Assembly: GCA_011389855.1 (NCBI GenBank)
Contig: JAABTM010000004.1
Location: forward strand, 1 to 51,635
Source of the DNA: Desulfobacteraceae bacterium
Lineage (GTDB): Bacteria > Desulfobacterota > Desulfobacteria > Desulfobacterales > JAABSP01
Reading direction: 5' to 3'
Length of the DNA stretch: 51,635 nt
Shown here: positions 1 to 11,524 of the stretch, in pieces
Numbering within the stretch: position 1 is the stretch's first letter
Layout: each line of letters starts with the position of its first letter
The notes under the pieces: generated by a model
Databases searched by the model: none
The model's input: the letters and a program-made list of their open reading frames with translations, nothing else
What the model was told of the DNA's origin: nothing
Position numbers and translations under genes: made by a program

Positions 1-1
1 C

Positions 2-1561
2 GGCATCGGCAAACTGCTCGAGGACGATAGCGTTCCCCCCGCGCCCGAGGCTGATCAAGAAGAGGACATGATTACCCTCGACGAAGAGACCATAATGGAA
101 CAACCGGATCTCTACGAGCAGACCATCGGCATCGGCAAGCTTTTTGAAAACGAAGAAGATCGGGAGGATTTCGTCGATTTGGACGAAGAAACCATGATCG
201 CGCCGCCGGACGCCTTTGACGAAACCATGGGTCCCGGCGTGCTTTCCGAGGAGGATGAGGACTTTGATGCCGTTGTCGATCTCGATGCCGAAACCATCAT
301 ATCTTTCACTGAAACCGATGGGGAGGACATCGAGGCGCAGGGCCAGCCAGAAACCGATGAGGCCGAGGATTCGGAAGATGAGGTGATCGACCTCGAAGAC
401 GAGGGCATGATCTCCGATGCTGATGAGGGGGAAGAAGAGGAACCCGAGGATGGGGAGGACATCGAGGCGCAGGGCCAGCCAGAAACCGAGGAGGCCGAGG
501 ATTCGGAAGATGAGGTAATCGACCTCGAAGACGAGGGCATGATCTCCAATGCTGATGAGGGGGAAGCGGAAGAAATTGCCGAAGACGACGAGGCTGAAGA
601 CATCGATGCCTTATCCGGTGAAGAAATTTCAGACGAAGGCCCCTTCGATGAGGTAGACAACGGTGAAGACATCGATGCATCGCCGCTGGAAGATATGGAT
701 CTGGACGAGGAACACCTCGACAGCGACATCCCCATCGAATCTCTGGAAAAAATTCCCGAAGAAGACCAGATGACGGACCCGCTTTGGTTCCCCGAAGAAA
801 ACGAGAAAACCGAAACGAACGTCGCGGATGCGGCGAGCATCGAAGACGACGAAACGGAATCTCTGGATCTTGACGACATCATAGAAAAAACCACCATCGA
901 CAAGGAAGATATTTTCGATCTGGACGAGGCGTCGGCGCCGATCATCGAAAAGGAGGTCGAACTGTCTGAAATCGAAGAGGACACGGTCACGGGGTCCGAA
1001 TTGCTCTCGGACTTGGAATCTGAATCACCGGCGCCCGTACCCGATCTCCCGCTGGAAGCGCCCGCTGAACCGACCAAAACCGTGGAAGAAACAGACGCCC
1101 ACCTCGAACCCCCAATTTTCAACCCGCACGGCGGGGACCAACCTGAGATGGACCCCGAAAAAGAGAAGGATCTCCTGGATCTCCTCGATATGGACCTGGA
1201 AGGCAAGGCCGACGCGGCGGCTGATGTCGAAGGGGTTGATCTCATGACGGATGAGGTCGCCATGGACACGGAAATTTTCGACGACCTCGAACCCGAACCC
1301 CGTCCGGAGGCCTATCCGGAAGCTGGGCCCACCGGACCCCCGGAAATCGGAGCGACGCCCGCGGAAGCGGACGCCGACCTCGCCGCCGCTCTCGAAGGGA
1401 TCGCCCCCGAAGCCTTTGAAGCGGCCCTGGAGCGGGTCATCAGAAAAGTCTTCGAGGAAAAAATCGAATCCGTACTTTCCAAGGCCGTCGAAAAGGTCGT
1501 GTCCAGGGAGATCCAAAAGCTGAAAGATGTTCTGATTACAGATGCATCCATGGACGATTAG
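2..1561 (+). CDS. hyper-acidic repeat protein, 5' end outside the window
   Basis: The frame of ORF 68..1561 stays open back to nt 2. The upstream GIGKLLEDD repeats the IGIGKLFENEED motif found after M68, so the gene probably starts upstream of the window. The protein is D/E-rich throughout, with recurring (V/I)DLD(E/A)ET(I/M) motifs and a 44-aa tandem duplication. Only the C-terminal ~45 aa (AFEAALERVIRKVFEEKIESVLSKAVEKVV...) look like an ordinary amphipathic helix. No family recognised. Confidence 0.6.
   Translation, partial: GIGKLLEDDSVPPAPEADQEEDMITLDEETIMEQPDLYEQTIGIGKLFENEEDREDFVDLDEETMIAPPDAFDETMGPGVLSEEDEDFDAVVDLDAETIISFTETDGEDIEAQGQPETDEAEDSEDEVIDLEDEGMISDADEGEEEEPEDGEDIEAQGQPETEEAEDSEDEVIDLEDEGMISNADEGEAEEIAEDDEAEDIDALSGEEISDEGPFDEVDNGEDIDASPLEDMDLDEEHLDSDIPIESLEKIPEEDQMTDPLWFPEENEKTETNVADAASIEDDETESLDLDDIIEKTTIDKEDIFDLDEASAPIIEKEVELSEIEEDTVTGSELLSDLESESPAPVPDLPLEAPAEPTKTVEETDAHLEPPIFNPHGGDQPEMDPEKEKDLLDLLDMDLEGKADAAADVEGVDLMTDEVAMDTEIFDDLEPEPRPEAYPEAGPTGPPEIGATPAEADADLAAALEGIAPEAFEAALERVIRKVFEEKIESVLSKAVEKVVSREIQKLKDVLITDASMDD
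317..580 (+). repeat. in-frame tandem duplication with a 132-nt (44-aa) period inside the acidic protein gene
   Basis: gatggggaggacatcgaggcgcagggccagccagaaacc... starts at 317 and again at 449. The copies are near-identical out to about nt 434 and 566, with a few substitutions. They encode GEDIEAQGQPET(D/E)EAEDSEDEVIDLEDEGMIS(D/N)ADEGE twice. Confidence 0.9.
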
Positions 1562-1622
1562 CCGGATCGAATGAATCTCCGGGCGGCGGAGAATTTTTTA
1601 TTTTTCAAGGAGTGAACGTGTT

Positions 1623-4295
1623 ATGACCACCCATTTGCTTGACAAGGGATATGAACCCCGCGAGGTCGAAAAACGCTGGTATGCCTATTGGGAAGAGCAG
1701 AAACTTTTTTCAGCCGAAGAAAAGAGCGACCGAAAGAGCTATTCCATCGTCATCCCGCCGCCCAACGTCACGGGCGTCCTCCACATGGGACACGCCCTCA
1801 ACAACGTGCTCCAGGATGTGCTTTGCCGGTACCGGCGGACCCGGGGCGACAATGTACTCTGGATGCCGGGAACGGACCACGCCGGCATCGCCACCCAGAA
1901 CGTGGTGGAAAAGCATTTGGCAAGCGAAGGAAAAGACCGGCACCAGCTGGGACGGGAGCGGTTCATCGAAACCGTCTGGGAATGGCGGAAAAAATACGGC
2001 GGCGCCATCATCAACCAACTCAAGCGGCTGGGGGCCTCCTGCGACTGGGACCGCGAGCGGTTCACCATGGACGAGGGCCTGTCCCGGGCGGTTCGAAAGG
2101 TATTTGTCGATCTGTACAACCAGGGGCTGATCTACCAGGGTCATTACATCATCAACTGGTGCGTCCGGTGCCATACGGCCCTGGCGGACCTGGAGGTGGA
2201 ACACGAGGAACTCGACGGCCACCTTTATTATATTCTCTATCCGTTCCCGAACGGCGAGGGCGGCGTCACCGTGGCCACCACCCGGCCCGAGACCATGCTG
2301 GGGGACACCGCCGTGGCCATCCACCCGGAAGACGACCGGTATGCCGGCCTCGCCGCCGAAGCCGTCATTTTGCCCCTCATGGAAAAAGAGATCCCCATCA
2401 TCCGGGATCCCTATGTGGACACCTCCTTCGGCACCGGCGGATTAAAGGTCACGCCGGCCCACGACCCCAACGACTTCGAAATCGGCAACCGCCACGGCCT
2501 GCCCGCGGTCAAGGTGATCGGAGACGACGGCTCCATGACGGAAGCAGCCGGCCGGTTCGCCGGGCTGGAACGGTTCGAATGCCGAAAGGCGGTGGTGGAC
2601 GCCCTGGAGGCGGCGGGGCTGCTCCGGAAAATCGAAGACCATCCCCACGGCGTGGGTCACTGTTACCGGTGCAACACCGTGGTTGAGCCGAACCTGTCCG
2701 AACAGTGGTTCGTCAAAGCCAAACCCCTGGCGGACAAAGCCGCCGACGCCGTCCGGAAGGGCGAGACGAAAATCGTCCCGGAGGTCTGGGAGGCCACCTA
2801 TTTCGACTGGCTCGACAACATCCGCGACTGGTGCATCTCCCGTCAGATCTGGTGGGGCCATCAAATCCCGGCCTGGACCTGCGGCGGATGCGACGAGATG
2901 ACGGTCGCCATGGAGACCCCCGCCGTCTGCCCCAAGTGCGGGAGCAGCGATCTCGTCCAGGAGACCGACGTGCTCGACACCTGGTTTTCATCGGCCCTGT
3001 GGCCCTTTTCCACCATGGGATGGCCCGACGAGACCGACCTGCTCAAGACGTTCTATCCCACCTCCGTCCTGGTGACCGCATTCGACATCCTCTTTTTCTG
3101 GGTGGCCCGGATGATGATGATGGGCATCCATTTCATGGGAAAAATCCCCTTCGAGGACGTTTACATCCACGCCATCGTCAGGGACGAAGACGGCAAAAAA
3201 ATGAGCAAATCCAAGGGAAACGTTATCGATCCGCTCTCGGTGATGGACCGCTACGGCACCGATGCGTTTCGCTTCACCCTGGCCGCCTTCGCGGCCCAGG
3301 GCCGGGACATCAAGATGTCCGAACAGCGGGTGGAAGGATACCGTCATTTTATCAACAAGCTCTGGAACGCGGCCCGTTTCTCCCTCATGAACATGGAGGA
3401 CGCCGCGCCGACCGAAGCCGATCTGTCCGCAGCCCGTCTGTCCCTGCCCGACCGCTGGATTCTGTCCCGGCTCCACGGCGTCATGAAAACGGACGCCGGG
3501 GCCCTGGACGCCTACCGGTTCAACGAAGCGGCCAGCGCCCTCTACCAGTTCATCTGGCACGAGTTCTGCGACTGGTACCTGGAGGCCGTCAAGCCCACGC
3601 TGTACGAGGAAAAAGGCGCGGCGGAAAAAGCGACCACCCTCTTCGTCCTTTGGCGGACCCTGAAGGACGCCCTGATCCTGCTCCATCCCTTTATCCCCTT
3701 TGTCACCGAGGAGATCTGGCACAAACTGCCGGGCGTGGAGGGGTCCATCATGACGGCCCGTTTCCCGGCCGACGACCCGTCCCAGCCGGCGCTCCGGGAA
3801 GACCCGGAAGCCGAGGCCCACATGGCGCTGGTGATGGACGTCATCACCGGCATCCGGAACATCCGGGGCGAGATGAACATCGCCCCCTCGGTCAGCCTGG
3901 CGGCGACGGTCCAATCCCCGAACGAAGCGAAGCGGAAACTCCTGGCGGCGTATCGGGATCTCATCGTCAACCTGGCCCGGCTCTCCGAATTCGAGGTCGC
4001 GCCGCCCGGCGACCAGCCCCCGTCGGCGGCCGCGGCGGTCATCGAGGACGCCGCCCTCTTCGTCTCCCTGGAGGGGATCATCGATTTCGACAAGGAGATC
4101 CAACGACTGGAAAAAGAGACCGGCAAACTCCAGAAGGAACTGAAGGGGATCGCCAAAAAACTGAGCAACGAGGATTTTCTCGACAAGGCGCCGGAGGCCG
4201 TGATCCAGAAAACCCGGGACCGCCATGAATCCCTGTCAGAAAAACAGCAGAAGCTCCAGGAAAACCTGAACCGCATCCGCGCCATGGTCGCATAA
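1623..4295 (+). CDS. valS: valine--tRNA ligase
   Basis: 890 aa. Class I motifs HMGH (VLHMGHAL) and KMSKS (KKMSKSKGN), typical ValRS N-terminus ([17 protein letters not shown]) and a C-terminal coiled coil. Confidence 0.95.
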   Translation: MTTHLLDKGYEPREVEKRWYAYWEEQKLFSAEEKSDRKSYSIVIPPPNVTGVLHMGHALNNVLQDVLCRYRRTRGDNVLWMPGTDHAGIATQNVVEKHLASEGKDRHQLGRERFIETVWEWRKKYGGAIINQLKRLGASCDWDRERFTMDEGLSRAVRKVFVDLYNQGLIYQGHYIINWCVRCHTALADLEVEHEELDGHLYYILYPFPNGEGGVTVATTRPETMLGDTAVAIHPEDDRYAGLAAEAVILPLMEKEIPIIRDPYVDTSFGTGGLKVTPAHDPNDFEIGNRHGLPAVKVIGDDGSMTEAAGRFAGLERFECRKAVVDALEAAGLLRKIEDHPHGVGHCYRCNTVVEPNLSEQWFVKAKPLADKAADAVRKGETKIVPEVWEATYFDWLDNIRDWCISRQIWWGHQIPAWTCGGCDEMTVAMETPAVCPKCGSSDLVQETDVLDTWFSSALWPFSTMGWPDETDLLKTFYPTSVLVTAFDILFFWVARMMMMGIHFMGKIPFEDVYIHAIVRDEDGKKMSKSKGNVIDPLSVMDRYGTDAFRFTLAAFAAQGRDIKMSEQRVEGYRHFINKLWNAARFSLMNMEDAAPTEADLSAARLSLPDRWILSRLHGVMKTDAGALDAYRFNEAASALYQFIWHEFCDWYLEAVKPTLYEEKGAAEKATTLFVLWRTLKDALILLHPFIPFVTEEIWHKLPGVEGSIMTARFPADDPSQPALREDPEAEAHMALVMDVITGIRNIRGEMNIAPSVSLAATVQSPNEAKRKLLAAYRDLIVNLARLSEFEVAPPGDQPPSAAAAVIEDAALFVSLEGIIDFDKEIQRLEKETGKLQKELKGIAKKLSNEDFLDKAPEAVIQKTRDRHESLSEKQQKLQENLNRIRAMVA

Positions 4296-4334
4296 ACGGG
4301 ACCGGCCCATGCGCTTCGCCCGGCTTCCGGTCCC

Positions 4335-5351
4335 ATGATCCCGATCCACGATACGCTGCAGTCCAGGCGATATCCTGTTGTCAACTACGGGCTAATCCTC
4401 CTCAACGTCCTTTTCTTTCTGGTCCAGCTGTCCCAGGGACGATACCTCGACCAGTTCATCTACATTTACGGTCTGGCGCCGGCCCGGTACACCGTGCCCG
4501 AAATCGCGGCTTATTTTTCCTTTGGCCAGCAGATCTTTTCCTTCGTCTCGTTCATGTTCCTCCATGGCGGCGTGCTCCATCTTCTGGGGAACATGTGGTT
4601 TTTGTATGTGTTCGGCGACAATGTGGAGGATCACTTCGGCCCCTTCCGCTACCTGGTCTTCTACATCCTGTGCGGGATGACCTCGGGCATCGCCCATCTG
4701 TTCCTGAACGCCTATTCCAATGTACCCACCATCGGCGCCAGCGGGGCCATCGCCGGGGTCATGGGGGCCTATTTCATCCTCTATCCCACCGCTCGGGTTC
4801 TCACGCTGATCCCCATCATCTTTATCCCCTATTTTGTCGAAATCCCGGCGTTTTTTTTCCTGGCGCTCTGGTTTGTCCTCCAGTTTCTCAACGCCGCCGG
4901 GAGCCAAGCCGACATCAGCGGGGTGGCCTGGTGGGCCCATATCGGTGGGTTTGTCTTCGGCATTCTGATTTTGAAAGGATTCGACCGGCTGCCCGGTTGG
5001 GGCGCGACGGACCGGGTGCGCCCTTCCATAGAACGGAAGCGGACCCGGCGCATCCAGACCATCCGGACCACCGGCCGGGAAGGCGACCCCAACCTTTACG
5101 GGGTGATGCGGATATCCCCCTACGAATCGGTCGCCGGGAGCCGGAAACGGGTCAACATCCCCTGGTCGTTCCATAACCGGATGTACCGGATCGAAACGCC
5201 GCCCGGGGTCCGGGAGGGCAAAATCCTGCGGCTCAAGGGGATGGGAAAGGCCATCTCTCCGGGACAACAGGGGGATCTGATGCTGAAAGTGATTGTCGGG
5301 GACCGCGACGAAAACGGCGGGGAGGGAGGTTACCGGAGGGTCAGCCCGTAA
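4335..5351 (+). CDS. rhomboid-family intramembrane serine protease with a C-terminal DnaJ-CTD-like extension
   Basis: The rhomboid core has HGGVLHLLGNMWFL, the catalytic-Ser motif GASGAIAGVMGAY and the His motif WWAHIGGFVFG. After the last TM helix there is a ~120-aa soluble tail containing YRIETPPGVREGKILRLKGMGKAISPGQQGDLMLKVIVG. Confidence 0.85.
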   Translation: MIPIHDTLQSRRYPVVNYGLILLNVLFFLVQLSQGRYLDQFIYIYGLAPARYTVPEIAAYFSFGQQIFSFVSFMFLHGGVLHLLGNMWFLYVFGDNVEDHFGPFRYLVFYILCGMTSGIAHLFLNAYSNVPTIGASGAIAGVMGAYFILYPTARVLTLIPIIFIPYFVEIPAFFFLALWFVLQFLNAAGSQADISGVAWWAHIGGFVFGILILKGFDRLPGWGATDRVRPSIERKRTRRIQTIRTTGREGDPNLYGVMRISPYESVAGSRKRVNIPWSFHNRMYRIETPPGVREGKILRLKGMGKAISPGQQGDLMLKVIVGDRDENGGEGGYRRVSP

Positions 5352-6256
5352 GCAGGGACCATCCGGACCGGGTGATAGGATGCCTTGGCCCGGGCCAGCC
5401 GTTCCAGGTCCATGTCGCTTTCCTTGTTGATGTAGCGGTAGCCGTTGAAAAGGCGTCGGGCGCAGAGGCGGTCGAAATACTGATAGAGGCCCTTGATCCC
5501 GGAAAACGCCTTTTCGAAATGGAGCACCCCCATTTCCGGAGTCAGGCCGGATGCGATTCCGAAGGCGCTCACCTCGCCATCCACCCGCATCAACAGCCCG
5601 TTCATGTCCAGGACCGCCAGATGGGTCAGTGTGTTGACGACCGCCTGCTTTTCGCAGGCCAGATCCTCTTCGGGGCTGGCGTCGCAATCCCGCTCTTCGC
5701 ACCATTTTTCAAGAAAATCGAGGCACTCCGGAACCGTGTCGGCGGTAATGGGCGCGTCCTCGGCCCGGCCCCGCATGACATGGGACCGCTTGAACTGGTT
5801 GACCAGGTTCCGCTTCTTCACGTATTTTCTCCCCTTGAGGTCGGCCAGATCCGACGCGCGGTAGACGTAATCCGTCAGATGGGTCTGTTCGGACACCGTG
5901 AAAAGGTCGTCCACCCGATCCCGGCCGAAACCGTCTATATAGGCGCCGGGGATGAACCAGTAGCGGGAGAACCCCAGATCCACGGCCATCCGCGCCAGTT
6001 CTTCCGGCGTAAAGGTCCGGTGGGGCGACACGGGCAGGATCAGGTGACGATGGCTCTCGTAGAAGGGGGAGAACTCCACGCCGACGATGAGGGCCTCGCC
6101 GTCCACCACGGCGCCGTAGGGCTGGTAGATCTTGCTGCTCCAAACCAGGAGCGACGGCAGGGAATAGACGCAGAGGGGATGGGACTGGTTTTTGAAATAG
6201 GGCGCCAGGCGGTCATGGTCATCAGGGCCGATGGGCACAAAGGGGCTGTAGTTCAC
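5330..6256 (-). CDS. DUF2156-like protein (MprF C-terminal / aminoacyl-transferase-like fold)
   Basis: This is the track ORF 5330..6430 trimmed to the GTG at 6254..6256, which overlaps the TGA of the upstream GNAT gene (GTGA). The discarded N-terminal part is Arg/Gly/Pro-rich and overlaps the GNAT gene. Family assignment is from memory of the sequence pattern (VNYSPF...YFKNQSHPLCVYS...LNTLTHL) and is not computed. Confidence 0.6.
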   Translation of the reverse strand: MNYSPFVPIGPDDHDRLAPYFKNQSHPLCVYSLPSLLVWSSKIYQPYGAVVDGEALIVGVEFSPFYESHRHLILPVSPHRTFTPEELARMAVDLGFSRYWFIPGAYIDGFGRDRVDDLFTVSEQTHLTDYVYRASDLADLKGRKYVKKRNLVNQFKRSHVMRGRAEDAPITADTVPECLDFLEKWCEERDCDASPEEDLACEKQAVVNTLTHLAVLDMNGLLMRVDGEVSAFGIASGLTPEMGVLHFEKAFSGIKGLYQYFDRLCARRLFNGYRYINKESDMDLERLARAKASYHPVRMVPAYGLTLR

Positions 6257-6684
6257 GACGGGTTTTTCAGACGCATGGGAAGGGCGTCCGCCATGGTCTC
6301 GAACCCCATCCGCCGGTAAAACGGGTCCGACCCCCGTTCCGCGATGAGGCCGATCCAGTAAAGCCCGTCCCGGTGCAGGCGGTCCACCAGCCGCCGGATG
6401 ATCCCGGCGCCCACGCCCCGGCCCCGCCACGAGGGCGCCACCGTCACGTCCTGGATATAGGCGTCGCTGGCGCCGTCGGAGATGGCCCGGCCCATGGCGA
6501 TGACCGTCGGATCCTTTCCATCCGTCGTGACCAGCAGAAAGCAGTGGCTGCCCGCGACCATCCGGCGGACGAGATCGGGGTCATCGGGTTCCTCGCCCCA
6601 CCATCCTTCGTTTCGGTAAAGCCGGAGAATCCCCTCTGTCTGGTCGCGCGTCGGCCGTTTTAGGAATTCAAAGCGCGGCATCAT
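6253..6684 (-). CDS. GNAT family N-acetyltransferase
   Basis: 143 aa. Acetyl-CoA motif A, V..RGRGVGAGIIRRLVDRL. Confidence 0.8.
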   Translation of the reverse strand: MMPRFEFLKRPTRDQTEGILRLYRNEGWWGEEPDDPDLVRRMVAGSHCFLLVTTDGKDPTVIAMGRAISDGASDAYIQDVTVAPSWRGRGVGAGIIRRLVDRLHRDGLYWIGLIAERGSDPFYRRMGFETMADALPMRLKNPS

Positions 6685-7591
6685 CTTCTTGGGCGGGCGG
6701 CGGGCCGTCGTCGGAGCCGACGGCGGTGATCCGGTTGCGTCCCTGCTTTTTGGACAGAAAGAGGGCCTGGTCCGCCCGCTTGACGAAGTCCGTCACCTTT
6801 TCGCCCGGGACGTACTGGGTCACCCCGATGCTCACGGTGATGTGGGTGGGTTCCCCGCCTTCGGGGTACAGGGTCTTGGCGTCGATGGATTCCTTGATCC
6901 GCTCGGCGACGTTTTCGGCCTCGTCGCAGACCGTTTCGGGCAGGATCACCGTGAACTCCTCTCCGCCGTAGCGATAGGCCGAATCGGTTTTCCGGAGGGA
7001 CTGGGTGATGGCCTCTCCCAGCTTGGAGAGCACCTTGTCGCCCTCCAGATGCCCCCACCGGTCGTTGTACTGCTTGAAGAGATCTATGTCGAGGATCACT
7101 AAAGAGAGGGGATGGCTGTACCGCTGGGACCGCTCCAGCTCGAGTTCGAGTTCGTGGTAGAAATGGCGGGAATTGTAGAGCTTGGTGAGGCCGTCGGTTA
7201 TGGCGAGGTTATGGAGTTCCTTTTTGAGATGGCGCTCCCGGAGCACCCGCCGGAGCCGGAGCAGCAGCTCCTCGAACCGGATCGGCTTGAAGACGAAATC
7301 GCTGGCGCCCTTGTCGATGGCCTCTTCGTAGGAATAGTCACCGCTGTAGCCCGTCATCACGATGACCTCGGTGTCGTACCGGCCCTTGATGACCTCGGTC
7401 AGCTCCAGACCGTCCATGCCGGGCATCATGATGTCGGTGACCACCACCTCGAAGATGTCGGTGTCCAGCGCCTGGAGGGCCTCTTCCGCATTGGCGGCCG
7501 TAACGGTTTTGTATCCGACCGTCTCGATGAATTCCTTCATGAGATACCGGATGGTATCATCGTCGTCGACTATGAGGATGTTCGTGTGCAT
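6668..7591 (-). CDS. response regulator receiver + GGDEF diguanylate cyclase
   Basis: This is the track ORF 6668..7759 trimmed to the ATG at 7589..7591 (MHTNILIVDDDD...). REC domain (DDDD, DIMMPGMDG), then a GGDEF domain with an intact GGEEF (YRYGGEEFTVIL). Confidence 0.85.
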   Translation of the reverse strand: MHTNILIVDDDDTIRYLMKEFIETVGYKTVTAANAEEALQALDTDIFEVVVTDIMMPGMDGLELTEVIKGRYDTEVIVMTGYSGDYSYEEAIDKGASDFVFKPIRFEELLLRLRRVLRERHLKKELHNLAITDGLTKLYNSRHFYHELELELERSQRYSHPLSLVILDIDLFKQYNDRWGHLEGDKVLSKLGEAITQSLRKTDSAYRYGGEEFTVILPETVCDEAENVAERIKESIDAKTLYPEGGEPTHITVSIGVTQYVPGEKVTDFVKRADQALFLSKKQGRNRITAVGSDDGPPPAQEDDAAL

Positions 7592-7613
7592 GGGATGAAA
7601 TCCGGGATGATGT

Positions 7614-7643
7614 CCAACTGGATTATCCGCCAACTGGATTATC
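7614..7643. promoter_or_regulatory. 14-bp perfect direct repeat CCAACTGGATTATC x2 with a 16-bp period, 23-52 nt upstream of the RR-GGDEF start
   Basis: Copies at 7614..7627 and 7630..7643, read directly from the sequence. Any function as a regulator binding site is inferred. Confidence 0.4.
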
Positions 7644-7676
7644 TGAATGTTTCTTTGTAACGCCGTTGCATCGGGG

Positions 7677-7704
7677 TTGACATGCCGCCAATTGATAATA
7701 TAAA
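7677..7704 (+). promoter_or_regulatory. candidate sigma70 promoter for lepA
   Basis: TTGACA (7677..7682), a 16-nt spacer, then TATAAA (7699..7704). Confidence 0.3.
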
Positions 7705-7823
7705 ATGTCTTATTTTTTAAGAAATTTATACTTATATCGGGAAAGTTGACGAGTGTCAACTCACTTTTAGCTCAATAAAGAGGCCGGCCGCCGGGACGAA
7801 CCGGCGGCCGTTGTAAATGGATC

Positions 7824-9620
<1,797 letters not shown>

Positions 9621-9643
9621 GAGCCTACAAAGGAGAACAGCCC

Positions 9644-10903
9644 ATGGGAATGACCATCACCGAAAAGATCCTGGCGGCCCACGCCGGGAAGGACCGGGTG
9701 TCGCCGGGGGACCTCATCATGGCGGACGTGGATGTGGCCCTGGCCAACGACATTACCGCCCCCATCGCCATCGACCGGTTCCGGAAAAGCGGCGCCGGGA
9801 AGGTTTTCGACAAAAGCCGCGTCCTGCTGGTGCCAGACCATTTCGTGCCCAACAAGGACATCCAGTCGGCCATGCAGGTCAAGCTGCTGAGGGAATTCGC
9901 CCGGGAGCAGGAACTGACCTATTTTTTCGACGGGGGCGAATCGGGCGTGGAACACGCCCTGTTGCCTGAAAAAGGGCTGGCGCTTCCCGGCGATCTCATC
10001 GTCGGCGCCGACAGCCACACCTGCACCTACGGCGGGCTGGGGGCCTTCGCCACCGGCATGGGCAGCACGGACATCGCGGCGGCCATGGTCACCGGCCAGG
10101 TCTGGCTCAAGGTTCCGGAATCCATCCGTTTCATTTTCCGGGGCGACCTCAATCCCTGGGTGGAGGGAAAGGACCTGATCCTCTACGCCATCGGCGACAT
10201 AGGCGTGGACGGCGCCCTTTACCGGGCCATGGAGTTCACCGGCCCGACCATCGACGCCCTGCCCATGTCCGGACGCCTGACCATGGCCAACATGGCCATC
10301 GAAGCCGGGGCCAAAAACGGCGTCATCGCCCCGGACGGCATCACCGAAACCTATGTGGCGGACCGGGCTCTGCGGGAATACCGGTTTTACGCATCGGATC
10401 CCGACGCCCGGTACGCCGAGACCCGGGAATACGACGTCGCCAAAATCGAACCCCAGGTCGCCTTTCCCCACCTGCCTGAAAACACCCGGCCCATCAGCGA
10501 CGTGGGATCGGTCCCCATCGACCAGGTGGTCATCGGCTCCTGCACCAACGGCCGCATCGAGGACATGCGGTCGGCGGCGGCCGTCCTGAAGGGCAAAAAG
10601 GCGGCCGGCGGCACGCGGCTCATCGTCATCCCGGCCACCCCGTCCGTCTACCGGTCCGCCCTGGACGAAGGATTGTTCGACATCTTCCTGGACGCCGGGG
10701 CCATCATCAGCCCGCCCACCTGCGGACCCTGCCTCGGGGGCCATATGGGCATCCTGGCCAAGGGGGAGCGGGCAGTGGCCACCACAAACCGCAATTTCGT
10801 GGGCCGCATGGGCCATCCGGAAAGCGAGGTCTATCTGGCCAATCCGGCCGTGGCCGCGGCCTCCGCCGTCCTGGGCCGCATCGCGGGGCCGGACGCGCTG
10901 TAA
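9644..10903 (+). CDS. leuC: 3-isopropylmalate / homoaconitate-type dehydratase large subunit (short ~420-aa form)
   Basis: This is the track ORF 9482..10903 trimmed to the ATG at 9644, which follows aaaggagaacagccc. Aconitase-family motifs [15 protein letters not shown] and GSCTNGR. Confidence 0.9.
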   Translation: MGMTITEKILAAHAGKDRVSPGDLIMADVDVALANDITAPIAIDRFRKSGAGKVFDKSRVLLVPDHFVPNKDIQSAMQVKLLREFAREQELTYFFDGGESGVEHALLPEKGLALPGDLIVGADSHTCTYGGLGAFATGMGSTDIAAAMVTGQVWLKVPESIRFIFRGDLNPWVEGKDLILYAIGDIGVDGALYRAMEFTGPTIDALPMSGRLTMANMAIEAGAKNGVIAPDGITETYVADRALREYRFYASDPDARYAETREYDVAKIEPQVAFPHLPENTRPISDVGSVPIDQVVIGSCTNGRIEDMRSAAAVLKGKKAAGGTRLIVIPATPSVYRSALDEGLFDIFLDAGAIISPPTCGPCLGGHMGILAKGERAVATTNRNFVGRMGHPESEVYLANPAVAAASAVLGRIAGPDAL

Positions 10904-10940
10904 AGGGATTCCAACATAAGAAGACACCTATAAAATACAT

Positions 10941-10964
10941 AGGGGCGAAACATATTTCGCCCCT
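10941..10964. repeat. perfect 10-bp hairpin AGGGGCGAAA-cata-TTTCGCCCCT between leuC and leuD
   Basis: Read directly. A near-identical element recurs at 11525..11546. Confidence 0.7.
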
Positions 10965-10980
10965 GAACGAGGAAATCGCC

Positions 10981-11481
10981 ATGAAACATACCGGCAAGGT
11001 CTGGAAATTCGGCAACGATGTGGACACCGACCTGATCATCCCGGCCCGATACCTGACAACCAGTGATCCCGAAGAACTGGCGGCGCACTGCATGGAGGAC
11101 GCAGACCCCGGATTCCCGCAAAAGGTCCGGCCGGGGGACATCATCGTCGGCGGAAAGAACTTCGGGTGCGGCTCGTCCCGGGAACACGCTCCCATCGCCA
11201 TCAAGGCGGCGGGCGTGGCCTGCGTGGTGGCCAGGAGTTTTGCGCGGATCTTTTACCGCAACGCCTTCAACATGGGGCTCCCGATCCTGGAGTGCGGCGC
11301 CGCCGACACCTTCGAAACCGGCCAATCCCTGTCGGTGGACTTAGACACCGGCGAAATAGTGGTGGCGGAAACCGGCGCGGCCCACGAGACCACGCCGATC
11401 CCGCCTTTTATGCAGGAACTGGTGGCCGCCGGGGGCCTGATGCCGTACATCCGGAAAAAAATGGACGCGACGTCGGGGTAG
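10981..11481 (+). CDS. leuD: 3-isopropylmalate dehydratase small subunit (short form)
   Basis: 166 aa. GKNFGCGSSREHA motif, adjacent to leuC. Confidence 0.9.
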   Translation: MKHTGKVWKFGNDVDTDLIIPARYLTTSDPEELAAHCMEDADPGFPQKVRPGDIIVGGKNFGCGSSREHAPIAIKAAGVACVVARSFARIFYRNAFNMGLPILECGAADTFETGQSLSVDLDTGEIVVAETGAAHETTPIPPFMQELVAAGGLMPYIRKKMDATSG

Positions 11482-11524
11482 GTCCGGAAAAGAAGGCGGA
11501 AAGCGCGAAGGACTGGGGGCGCGG

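Noticed and set aside
317-580. Tandem repeats considered as a possible CRISPR array or non-coding satellite
   Set aside because: There are only two units with no spacers. They are in frame and codon-consistent within a long ORF, so this is a coding duplication. No CRISPR-like repeat-spacer structure was seen anywhere in the window.
112-1269. 385-aa minus-strand ORF (Ser-rich), plus ORFs 306..680 and 1025..1516, antisense to the acidic protein gene
   Set aside because: They are reverse-complement reading frames of a GA-rich repetitive gene. The low-complexity Ser/Arg composition is what the antisense of GAx codons gives. No start context or recognisable domain.
1639-4384. Many long off-frame or antisense ORFs inside valS (for example 2705..4228 +, 2988..4226 -, 3542..4384 -)
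   Set aside because: They overlap a confidently identified conserved gene. Their Arg/Gly/Pro-rich composition is typical of GC-rich off-frames.
4392-5705. 437-aa minus-strand ORF spanning the rhomboid gene and the DUF2156 3' end
   Set aside because: It is antisense to two recognisable genes and has a Pro/Gly/Arg-rich composition. Same reasoning as for the valS off-frame ORFs.
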